This document shows, piece after piece, positions 26,530 through 37,100 of a stretch of 64,000 nt of DNA. The stretch is from assembly GCF_036321535.1 (NCBI RefSeq), contig NC_087437.1:112036001-112100000 (forward strand), given 5' to 3'. Below the pieces are notes generated by a model, which was given only the letters and a program-made list of their open reading frames with translations, searched no databases and was not told the DNA's origin. Source of the DNA: Camelus dromedarius (lineage: Eukaryota). The translations under genes and the position numbers were made by a program. Every line of letters starts with the position of its first letter. The stretch's first letter is position 1.

Positions 26530-26880
26530 AACCCAGCAGTCTCTCTTCTACCTTTTGACATAAATTAGGACAACACTCAGGTGACAGTTCTGTAACAACT
26601 ATCAAAGTTACAAATGCACAGACTGTCTGACCTAATAATTCTGATTCTAGGGATTTATCCTCATGATGTACTGCATATACGCAAATGACAATTTACAAGA
26701 CATTTCATTGCAGCATTGTTTGTAATAGTATAAGGCTAGAAGCAATATAAACTTGTATTTCAACAGGACAAAAGCTAAATAAATAATGGTGCATTCCTAC
26801 TGCAGGATTCCTACTCCTTTTTTTAAGGAAGAGGCTTTTAACGCACTGCAAAGAAGTGACTGCCAAGATATGTGAACATA
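26530..26880 (+). mobile_element. Ancient L1ME-like 3' fragment
   Basis: tctagggatttatcct...ttcattgcagcattgtttgtaatag. Confidence 0.6.
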
Positions 26881-28768
26881 TTAGCTATTCGACAAATAAA
26901 CAAAAATAATAATGACTAATTAGTTTCATCTCGTAGCCTTATGTATCTTCTTTAAAGTAGATCTGTCTAGATTTCGCTGGTTGATTGTCCTCCAGGTAGA
27001 AGAGAAGACAAAGTATTGTTTTTGCAGTTACAAGAAGAAAAAAAAAAAAGGACTCATCTGCAAGTTTCAAGCAAGTGGCTTAAAGTACTATTCTGGGGAC
27101 ACCGTGGAAAATCTCCATGGCTTCTCCACGCTCTTTGATCTCTCATTATCTGTGGCTCAGAGTGTCCTAGCTTCTCTGTGACTGAGGGAAGCAGAAAAGT
27201 ATCATCAGGGGCCTGTGCACCACCAGATTCTGATGCATGATGCTTAGTTTTGAGATGTGGGCACTTGTCTTCATTTAGAATGGGGAAAAGTTTCTTGCAC
27301 CTCTGACTGCTCTGGTAAGCATTTAAGGAACAGCTGTATTATTGTAAATATGTGGTGTGTGTGTGTGTGTGTGTGTGTATGCGCACGCTGTAAGGTAGAG
27401 AGTCTTCCCTATTCAAGGAAAAAAAATTTTTAAAAAAGAGAATAATGTATAGAGTATGCAACCCCCTGGGTTAAAAAAGAGAGAGAAAGAGATCTTTAAA
27501 TATATAGTTTGTACTTTCAAAGAATATTTCTGGGATACCCAAGAAACTGTAACAGTAAGTTGCCTCTGGGGGAAGATCAGTTGTACCAGGGAAACTAACT
27601 TTTAATCAAATACTGTTTGAGTTTTATTTTAAGCCTGTGCTATATAGCACCTATTCCAAACGTGTTTAAAGAAGAGAGAATCTAGTTAATATGATGTAGT
27701 TTCTTTCTTTCTCTCCTTCTTCTTCTTTCCCCCCTCTCCCCCACCTCCTCTGCCCTCTTCCTTTCTTTCTCCTTCTTCTTTTTCTGGTGGGAACGGTAAA
27801 TACTGCCTTAAACAGAATGGCCTCTTTGCTTACATTTAGCCTTAAAGTCAACCCGGAAGTTGGTGACTTTTTGTTCTTATTGAAAGTGGGGAAAGAAAAG
27901 GAAATTGAATGTTTAAAACTCCCGCATCTTCCAAAATGTCAGAATTTCTGCCCTGGTGTCAGTCCTAGACTAGGAATGTTCTGTTCACACTTCAGTCATT
28001 CTCCTTTGAGCCAATGCAAGCTGCAGACAGGCAGGTCAACTCTTCTGCACATCTGACTCCCCAAAATGGGAGACAATCTTTCTTACTGCACCTGGGGGAA
28101 GAAAGAGGCTCCTCAAAGGAGAACCAGCAACTGGCAGAGAGCCCGGCAGGGACCAGAAGGGGAGATCACCTTCCTGGATTTATCAGGCAGCAGCCCTGAA
28201 CCTATGGTCCTCCCACCAAAAGGGAACACACAGTAGAAATCTGTTTTCAGGGTTTCTGGCTCTAAATGGCTTTTCAGGGCTAGACCGGCAAAGGAGGGGA
28301 GGATCCAGAGGGGAGGGAGATGGGTGCAATCCTATACTGTTTAAAGGGATCAGGTGGCTCTTTTGTATCGGTGTGGAAAGATGTCCAAGAGATGCGAAGA
28401 AATGAAAGAGGCAGGTTACAAAGCCTGTATTCGGTCTGGAAGGACTTCATCAAAATCTTTGACAGTGACTTGTTGTGGCAGAGGGGAGTTGGACTAACAG
28501 TGACTTTTTCTTTCTGTATTATTTCAAAAGTTTTGGTTTTTTTTTTTTAATTGGGCATGCATCTTTTTTTTTTTTAATGCTCATCGAATTTTATTTGACA
28601 GATGGTCAAGGGAGTGGGAGCAACTATTCAAATGCTGGGGAGGGGTTGTGGAACTTCCAAGAAATAGCCTTGTCAGCCCCAGAAAGGGTCTGTGTCTGGA
28701 ACCAGAAGTCCCAAGGACGCTGGGGAGAGGAGTGCACCTGAGGATGAGCCCCCAGAAGACTGAAAATT

Positions 28769-28905
28769 GTGCTTCTCAAACCTGAATGTGCCCACCTGGG
28801 GACCCTAGTTAAATTCGACTCTGTTTCACTGGGTCTGGATAGGCCTGCAACTCTGCTTCTAATGAGCTCCCACGCAACACTGATGCTGCGGGTCCCAGAC
28901 CGCGT
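28769..28905. mobile_element. MER5-like hAT-Charlie DNA transposon fragment
   Basis: gtgcttctcaaacct...cacctgggga...gttaaa...tctaatgagctccca...tgatgctgcgggtcc. Confidence 0.6.
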
Positions 28906-29500
28906 GCGTCTGGAGGGAGGCGGGGCGCGCGCGGAGTCCGAGTAAGGTTCCTGGCTCTCCGGAGCCGGCGTGAGTCATTTCAATAACGAGGTGGGGGAGT
29001 ATCTCAGATACATGCATTGGAGGGTAATGAGAAAGAAGGATAAGGGAGGAGGGGGAGAGATTCCTAGAAGCGAGAAGAAGAGAGCGGAAAGGGACAGAGG
29101 CAGCGGAGAAGCACAAGACCGTGCCCAGCTCCAGTCTTTCCCGCCGCCTTCTTTAAGCTCAAGACCAAGGCCATCCGCCCGCTGCAGAACGCCCTGGACT
29201 TTGCCTGGGCGCTGCCCAATGATCCCCACACGGTGGAAGTTGCGGGACGTTCGCCTGCGCCATGGCCAGTTTGCGGGGTCCCCGCTTCCCGGTGCGCTCG
29301 GCCGGGAGACGCGGCGCGGGAGTCCCCTGCCGCCTGTGCATTCGGGCTGAGCCAGGATAGAGCATCGGGCGCCAGAGGGCTCCGCCCGGGTCCCTGGCTG
29401 CCCCGTCGTCCCACAATCGGGGCCCCGCGGCTCCTCTCGCCCCGCGCGCCGCTTCTTTCCCGCTGTGGCCCCGCCTAAAGCCCGTGGACAGAGACCTGAG
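28880..29500. promoter_or_regulatory. Upstream CpG island (~-6 kb)
   Basis: Dense CpGs (gcggggcgcgcgcgg, cccgcgcgcc) in otherwise CpG-poor DNA. Confidence 0.7.
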
Positions 29501-30699
29501 CCCATCTCCAGCCCAGCACATTAAAGGATGATCTGTTTGCCTTGAAGAGGGGCCGGGCTGTCACATGCCCCTCCCACATGACAGGGAATGAGCAACGTGG
29601 TCCTCATCCAGCAGTGCTGAATCTGGTTTAATATGGGGGAAATCTTCTACCTCTGACGCTATATTAGTTTTGTCTTTCGTGATGTGTGGAAACGCCAATA
29701 AAACTCTTTGAATGTAACTGTCTCACCACCCACTCTTACTTCGATTTACTGAGCCCTTCTGGGATCTGTGGCAGCTCTGAGCCCCAGGAATGCAAAGTAA
29801 GTTACCGCCCAGTGAGGACCCTCAGGGAGCTTCCCTGCAGAGAGGGAGCCAGACCCTCACAATAGAGCAGGGTGGACCCTGGCAGGGAGCAGGGAAAGCT
29901 TTGGGTGCTATTGGAGCTCAAGGAGGGGGCAATCCCAGAAAGGCTAGTACAAGACATGGATGGATCTGAGGAAGGGCAGGAGCAGGTGGAGGGAGCATGT
30001 GGGTGAAAATGTGGGAAGAACAGAGCCCACCAGATGCTCTGGGTCCTGAGAAGGGAGAGTGGCAGGGTGGGGGGTGTTGTGGGGGAGAGGATGAGTAGCT
30101 GGCAGAGGCCAGGTCAGGACCTGGGAGCTGGCATTTAAAGGGCTCTGGACTCAATCCTGAAGGTGATGAGGAAACGTCAGGCTGCTACATTTTCCAATGT
30201 AGCAAGGCAGGCTACCCATCTGGTGGCTGGAGCAGAGCGACAGGCAGTCACTCTTAGGACACGGAGGTGAGAGGCTTCACCCCCTCCTAGCATGCAGCTC
30301 TCCCACCCAGTCCACCCCGAAGCTGTGCCTGGTTCAGGGAGCACATGCAAGTCCCACCTCTGGAAACTGGCAGCCTGGTTTTGTCACCTGCAGCCTAGAA
30401 GAGTCTCTCCTGCCCTCAGAAGCTGGCTGCTTCCTCTCATGTAAAGTCTTAGCCCCAGACCAGGTGGGGGGCTTCCTGGTCCCCTGTGTCTGAGTGGAGC
30501 ACACCCTACCTCAGGATGAACCCTCCGGATTAATCTCTTTGTTCACCCTGATCCCCTGCCCTCAGGATTAATCTCAAACAGAGAGTGGAGAGGTAGGCTG
30601 TAGGGGCCTAGCGTCTCAAGGATGGATGGAGAGAGCCCAGGGAGATGGAGGGAACCACTGAGGCCCTGGGATTTGGGATCCAGTGGGCTAGAGGTTGAA

Positions 30700-30830
30700 C
30701 TCAGTCCCTGCCCTGCCCTTCAGTCTTCAGTATCTTCATCTGTAAAATAGGAAAAAACGTTCCTTCCTCTTAACACCAAAGGGCTGTTGCGGAGCTTGGA
30801 TGAGATAATGGTTTGTAAGCTGAGACCTGT
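30700..30830 (+). mobile_element. MIR fragment
   Basis: cttcagtatcttcatctgtaaaatagg...gggctgttg...tgagataatgg. Confidence 0.6.
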
Positions 30831-31419
30831 AAAGTTAGTTCTGGGTCACCCAACAGTCCTATTCTAACTGTATTCCTCTGCAAACTTGGGGGCATGTTAA
30901 CTTCAATGGCAGGGATCCTTAGAAGCAGGTGACAGTCATGGGCCTGATGGACAGGGGTGATCCAGAGGGAGGGACTGACTGGAGGGAAAGGGCTATCAGT
31001 TTTGGGTTTTATTTGGCTGCTTTTTTGTTTGTTTCCCTTTAGCTTCTGGGGTGCAGCACGGGCATTGCTCCCAAGCTCCTGGGCATTGCTCCGGGATTCT
31101 CGCTGGGCCCAGTCTCTGCTGACACCCAAGCCTGGCCCAGGCCAGGACAAGGGGGGCTCCATTCCCAAAGACTCACAGTCACTAAAACAGCTCGAATACT
31201 AGCAGAATAGAGAAATTGCAAAGGGAGCATATTATTCAATGCTCCCACCCCCTCCTCAAATCTTGCAGCAGACATACCCTTAGAGGTCACAGGTAGCTTC
31301 TAGAAACACACTAGAGGAATGAAAACCTAAGTAGACAATGGGAGACCCCTAAGTTTCTGATGACCTCTGCCATGCTGCCTCCATCACCATGCTGCCTCCC
31401 TGGACCTGCCCCTCTGCTC

Positions 31420-31600
31420 AGGGGACCTTGAACAAATGCCCACATCTCTGTCAGCATCAGTTTCCCCGACTGTGAAATGGGAATAAGTAATACCTCCTTC
31501 CTAGAGTCAGTGAGAGAATAAATGAGATGAAGTCTGTCAAGACCCACTAAGTGCCTGGCAGAGCTTTGGTCACCTCTAAGTAGTCATTAGGTGGAAGTCA
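31420..31600 (+). mobile_element. MIR SINE
   Basis: gaccttgaacaa...cagtttccccgactgtgaaatgggaataa...aaatgagatga...gtgcctggca. Confidence 0.7.
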
Positions 31601-31779
31601 CCACCCCTGTCATTCTATAGGCCCCCATATCGCCAGCAACCCAGAGTAGAAACCTCCTGGTTTACTGTGTACACAGAAGAAACATACACGCACCTTTCAC
31701 ATTTACATGAATTTTACCAGCTGGGTTCCACACCAGCCCCCGTGAACATTTGCATGTGTGTGCATTCCGAAGTATTTAC

Positions 31780-33520
31780 CAAGAACCCTGATCAGGCCCT
31801 GATCTCGGCGCTGAGACCCGGCGAGACATAGGGGTGACCCTGGACGACTCAGGGAGCTGAGCCTCTCAAAGAAGACAGATACCATTTGTTTGCAGAGTTC
31901 TGCCTTCCGAGCGGTCTTATCGCTCAGGTTTGGGGGCCAAATGCTGATATTCCGCATTTCTGGTTTCTGGATCAGAAGCGATGGCCTAAATGCTTTTTTC
32001 TTTTCTTTCCGGAGTCTTGCCTCCCTCCGCCAGCGCTGGCCCGCCCCGCGCTAGGATGCCGCTTTCCTTGGCAGCCGGGAGGAGAAGCTGCCTGAATGTG
32101 CGCAGGAACTCCGAGAAGGAAAAGGCGAGAATGGGAAAGAATGGCCCGGGAGGGACCAGGGAAGCAGTGGGAGGTCTGCGCCTTTGGAGCCCCGCGGGGG
32201 CCCGCCCAGGCCCGTTTGGCACAAGTTCCTCCTGGGCCGCCAGGAGGCTGAGCAAAGGCCGGCCCTGACACTCACCCGGCCTTTTGTGGGAGGGAAACAC
32301 AAAGGAAAGGGAAAAACACGTCTTCCGTTTTGACGGAGGAGGCCGACAGTTTCAGGACGCCTGGGATGCCAGGAACTCGCGGAGCTGGGCCCATTAGCCT
32401 TGTCTAGTGAGCTCTCAATTTCGCGGGAAGGGGCTGCGGCCCAGATGCTGGCGCGGGTGGGAACCGGGGAGCCGGGGACACTCCCAGGATGCGCACACCA
32501 GGCGCAAGCCCTGCACAAGTGCCGGGACGCCTCTCGGACCCACATGAAAGCAAGCGCCACGGCTGAGCTCTAGTTAGTTTCCGATTATTCCTGGGGTAGG
32601 AGGACTCAGAGACACAGCGAGAAGTGTTCAGCGACCCACTTGCCCCTGGGCTAAAGAAGCCCAGGGGACACGGACCGGTCCCACCTCCCGAGCAACTAAC
32701 TCTCTGGCGACTCTGAGGACGTTGGGAAGGATGCTGGGGGCAGGGGCCAACAGCCCCGAGCTAACTGCCCGAGCCCCGGGTGTGGGGAGTGAGGACGGCT
32801 AGGTGCCGCTGCATGGCCCCAGAACAGTCACCGCTGCCTGGGCTCGGTGGCGAGGAGCTGGGGCCTGGAGCGTCCTTATGGGCGTCCATGCGGGGACCTT
32901 GCAAGTAAGCCAGCTCTCTTGCCTTCGGACTCTGCCTTCCCAGGCTCTAAACTCGCTCCGTGCCAGGAGGGGCCCCTCAGTCTTCGCCCCCGCTTCCGAC
33001 TCCAGCCTCTGGAGAAAGGGCTTAAGGAACCGCGTACTTTCGCGGACCGCCGGACGCAAGACAGTCACCGGTGGCAAGAAACAAAAGAAGGAACTGGGGC
33101 TCCGGGACACGTGCCGCGGACCGCACTAACCCCAGCGGCTGCAGCCCAGGCGCGCGCTCGTTGCGCTTGCTGGTGTTTATTAGACACACTCGCGTGCTCA
33201 CAAGTCCACGCCCCGGCTGCTGGCCCAAAGCTCACATCTCTACCAATGTCCTCACTGCCGTTGGCCAGGGAAGCCCAAAGGAATGATCCTTAAATACCCG
33301 AGCTTGTCCTACTCCCCCTGCCCCTCCCCCGCGTTCTTCCAAGTGGGAGATTCTCCTAATTGAACAGTTACGGGTCATCTTTCGTAACGGTTGGACGACA
33401 CATCTCCACGCTTCAGTTCTTCATGTTTTAAATACATATTTAACGGATGACTGCAGAGCCAGCTGGGAAACACGCGGGTTGGAAAATAATGCCCCAGAAG
33501 GCACGAGACTGCGACGAAGG
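31780..33520. promoter_or_regulatory. Upstream CpG island (~-3.4 to -1.7 kb)
   Basis: High GC/CpG content by inspection. Confidence 0.7.
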
Positions 33521-34919
33521 GGAGAGCCCGTTGGGTTTTCTAGTGTAGACGATGGTGGAAGACTTACCCAGGAACTGGGAAACATAACGTGGGTTTCTTT
33601 TTGTATTTGTTTCCTTTTATAACTTTGCTACTTTAAGGGGAATTACTTCTTTAGTTAATTTGTTTGCGTTTTTAAAAAGCGGTACAGGCAAATTAAAAGT
33701 TCTCAAACAACGCAGGTAAACAGAGGACCGTAACACTCCGTGGGAGAGAGGGCTAGGGGCGCGTTTGTGTGTCTGCAGTATAAAGGGCAAGCGTCAGGGA
33801 TCTCGGCAAACAAATCTCTGTACTTGAAATGTATAGATGTGAGAAATTCAACTAGTGAAAAGCTTAAAGTTTAGGGAGATGGTAGTGTCTCTACCATATA
33901 GGAATCACCAACATCCGCATCTGCAGTCCAGGCAGGGCTGCACTTTAAAGGCTTAGAATTTTTTTTCCTCATAGGCTAGCTGCAGACACAGTCCCTTGAT
34001 CTTCCCATCTGTAAAATGGGGTGGAGGCATCAGTACCACGAAACTACCTCAGTTAGGCGCTTCTCCAGACCAGGTTTAATTCCTCATGGCAAGGATTTCT
34101 GGGTTTGGGAGCCAGGCTGCGAGTGGTAAAACGCGAGTGGTTGGATCTCGTTGTCTGGCCCACGGTATGAAATCGTTGCCCAGGCTAGAGACTTCCTTTT
34201 TGCAGATCAACTAGCGTTTCCCCCTACCCCATGGCACGGTGACCATCACAAAGATGGTGCAGAATATACCGTCATCTGGTTCCCAAGCTCTGAGGGGGTG
34301 TTTAACCCTAAGCTCGACTTTCCTCTTGTGGTTGTGCGGTTACTTTGCTGAAATACCTCCTCCCTGTGTCTACACCATTGTCAACTTTTCTATGAAGAGT
34401 TGTGATTTCTTTCAAAATCCCTTTCTGGAGTCGGTCCCCTCCCTCCTTCCCCACCTTCTTCTTCGCAAGGCCCTGTCCCCGGCTGGGGGCGCTACCGGCC
34501 GCTGGCCGAGCTGCGGCAGCCGCCACCTCCTAGAGGCGCGCTTGGAGTGCGAAGAAAGTAGGAGCTTTGTGCCTGGTTATCACGTACATTTGGGGCTCAA
34601 AATGCACACGTGTTGATGAAACCCATGAAATGGGAACAGGTGGCGAGAACCCAGGGAGAGGAAAAGCAAGGAAGGAGACTCGCCCCAGCCCCAGCCCCAG
34701 CTCCTGGGTCGCCAGGGTTATCTGGGTATCAGGTTAGTTTGTGTGCAGAGCCCCCAGCCCACCCCATCCGCCAGCCTGACTTTGTGGTCCCGTATTTTTA
34801 CAGAAATTTGACAATGTACCCTCTCTCCCTCGGTCCCAACCGCGTTAGGCCCTCTGCACTACCCCCCCCCCCCTCCGCAAGCCCGCCCTTCTCCCTCTCG
34901 CTTCTCACACGCCCTCTCG

Positions 34920-35190
34920 GGGTCCTTCCTCCAGTCCCTCCCCAAGAATCTCCCGGCCGCGGGCGCCCATTGGCTGTGCGCGGGGAAGAGGCGTGTGCCC
35001 GGCCCCGCGAGTTTCATTGAGCGGAATTAGCCCGGATGACATCAGCTTCCCAGCCCCCCGGGCCGGCCCAGCTCATTGGCGCCGCGGCCCCTCCAGGACC
35101 CGCACATTGTTCCCCGCCCCCGCCTCGGCCACCGCCGCCGTCGCCGCCGCCACTGAACTATAAAAACCCGCCGAGCCCGGAAAGGTGCGG
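34920..35190 (+). promoter_or_regulatory. OLIG2 core/proximal promoter
   Basis: TATAAAAA 35159-35166; GC box CCCCGCCCC 35112-35120; SOX CATTGTT 35105-35111; inverted CCAAT boxes (ATTGG) 34969-73 and 35075-79; CRE-like TGACATCA 35037-44. Confidence 0.8.
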
Positions 35191-35280
35191 ATGCTTATTA
35201 TAGATCTACGCGACATCAGCGCCCGGGGCCCAGTTCTCTGTTGCAGCTTTTGGGAAAGAGCTCCTCTAATTGCATCCACA
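35189..35280 (+). other. OLIG2: OLIG2 exon 1 (5' UTR); TSS approximate
   Basis: Begins ~30 nt after TATAAAAA (35159-35166) and ends at a donor ACA|GTAAGT (35281). Sequence resembles my recollection of the mammalian OLIG2 mRNA 5' end. Confidence 0.8.
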
Positions 35281-36056
35281 GTAAGTGTCCCCGCCCCCCT
35301 CCCCCCCGCAACCCCAGCCACCCGAGCCTACATCCCAGGGACAGACGCCTCTCACTTCGGCTGAGACCCGGGAAGCTCTGGTAAGGGGACCTGGATCCCG
35401 CCGCTGCCCTCCAGTTCTTCTAAGCGGCTTTGCTGCTTTGACCCTCCCCATACTCAACTTAGCATCCCCTTCCACCAAAAGCAAGAAGTCAGGGCTACAG
35501 TAGCTTTTTCTGCTTAAGTCCCAGTCGGATGGAGAGCCCTCTGAGGGCCCCGGACGCAGCGCGTGGAATCTGGGCCCCGTGCGGGCGCTGAGTGCCAGTC
35601 TATGTGCGTGTGTTTGCTGTGCGGTGTCAGTGGAGATAAGGTGGATGCGTTTGAGGAACAAAATAAATACTTCTCTTTTATATTTCCATCCCTCCCAAAG
35701 AAAAAAACATTATTTGCCACTCGTTTATTCCAGCCCTGGAGATCCAGTCTCCTCATTCTTAATAAAAAGCATAAAATCTCTAGATGCCACCTTCACTAAG
35801 GGGTAGCCAATGTTCCCTAGATTAAACAACCTGTGGATGAGAGCGGACAGGAGGCAGTAGAGAGGGGAAGAGATTACTTAAACTTACCTGCATGCTGAAG
35901 GAAGGAAGGTCAGAAACTGCGAGGTGAACCCAGAGCGCTTGGACCCCGCACTGCGATGCAGGAGGGAGCAGCTTTTCTCCCTCACTCTCCTAGTGCCTCT
36001 CGATCTCAATCTCGATTTCGATCTCTCGCTCTCTCTCGTGTTTCTTCTCTCCGCAG
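35281..36056 (+). other. OLIG2: OLIG2 intron 1
   Basis: GTAAGT donor at 35281; long pyrimidine tract ending ttcttctctccgcag at 36056. Alternative AGs lie at 36058-59 and 36071-72. Confidence 0.8.
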
Positions 36057-36128
36057 TAGGCGTCCGTGGAAGCTCTGAGGCCCGAGAGAGGGAAGACCCT
36101 GCGAAAGCTGCAACTATCCCTTGGGGCC

Positions 36129-37100
36129 ATGGACTCGGACGCCAGCTTGGTGTCTAGCCGCCCGTCGTCGCCAGAGCCCGATGACCTTTTTCTGCCCGCC
36201 CGGAGCAAAGGCAGCGGGGGCAGCGGCTTCACGGGGGGCACCGTATCCTCGTCCACGCCGAGCGATTGCCCGCCAGAGCTGAGCGCCGAGCTTCGCGGCG
36301 CCATGGGCGCAGCGGGCACGCACCCGGGGGACAAGCTGGGCGGCGGCGGCTTCAAGTCATCCTCGTCCAGCACTTCGTCGTCCACGTCGTCAGCTGCTGC
36401 GTCGTCCACCAAGAAGGACAAGAAGCAGATGACTGAGCCCGAGCTGCAACAGCTACGCCTCAAGATCAACAGCCGCGAGCGCAAGCGGATGCACGACCTC
36501 AACATCGCCATGGACGGGCTGCGCGAGGTCATGCCGTACGCTCACGGCCCATCGGTGCGCAAGCTCTCCAAAATCGCCACGCTGCTGCTGGCGCGCAACT
36601 ACATCCTCATGCTCACCAATTCGCTGGAGGAGATGAAGCGACTGGTGAGCGAGATCTACGGCGGCCACCACGCCGGCTTCCACCCATCCGCCTGCGGCGG
36701 CCTCGCGCACTCAGCACCCCTGCCGGCCGCCACGGCGCACCCGGCGGCCGCCGCGCACGCGGCGCACCACCCGGCGGTGCACCATCCCATCTTGCCTCCT
36801 GCCGCCGCCGCCGCCGCCGCCGCTGCGGCCGCCGCCGCGGTGTCCAGCGCTTCCCTGCCCGGCTCCGGGTTGTCGTCGGTCGGCTCCATTCGGCCCCCTC
36901 ACGGTTTGCTCAAGTCTCCGTCGGCGGCAGCGGCAGCCCCTCTGGGGGGCGGGGGCGGCAGCAGCGGGGGCAGTGGTGGCTTCCAGCACTGGGGCGGCAT
37001 GCCTTGCCCTTGCAGCATGTGCCAAGTGCCACCGCCCCACCACCACGTGTCGGCCATGGGCGCCGGCAGCCTGCCGCGCCTCACCTCCGACGCCAAGTGA
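36129..37100 (+). CDS. OLIG2: Oligodendrocyte transcription factor 2, 323 aa, uninterrupted CDS
   Basis: ATG in good Kozak context (gccATGg) at 36129 to TGA at 37098-37100. The protein reads [25 protein letters not shown], carries the b[57 protein letters not shown], an Ala13 tract, and the C-terminus [11 protein letters not shown]...LPRLTSDAK, all typical of OLIG2. The ORF-track start at 36066 is a GTG in the 5' UTR. Confidence 0.99.
   Translation: MDSDASLVSSRPSSPEPDDLFLPARSKGSGGSGFTGGTVSSSTPSDCPPELSAELRGAMGAAGTHPGDKLGGGGFKSSSSSTSSSTSSAAASSTKKDKKQMTEPELQQLRLKINSRERKRMHDLNIAMDGLREVMPYAHGPSVRKLSKIATLLLARNYILMLTNSLEEMKRLVSEIYGGHHAGFHPSACGGLAHSAPLPAATAHPAAAAHAAHHPAVHHPILPPAAAAAAAAAAAAAVSSASLPGSGLSSVGSIRPPHGLLKSPSAAAAAPLGGGGGSSGGSGGFQHWGGMPCPCSMCQVPPPHHHVSAMGAGSLPRLTSDAK
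36801..36839 (+). repeat. Polyalanine-coding GCN repeat (13 Ala; (GCC)7 pure)
   Basis: Direct reading within the CDS. Confidence 0.95.

Noticed and set aside
36066..36128. GTG-initiated 344-aa OLIG2
   Set aside because: ORF-finder alternative start; the canonical protein begins at the strong-context ATG 36129.
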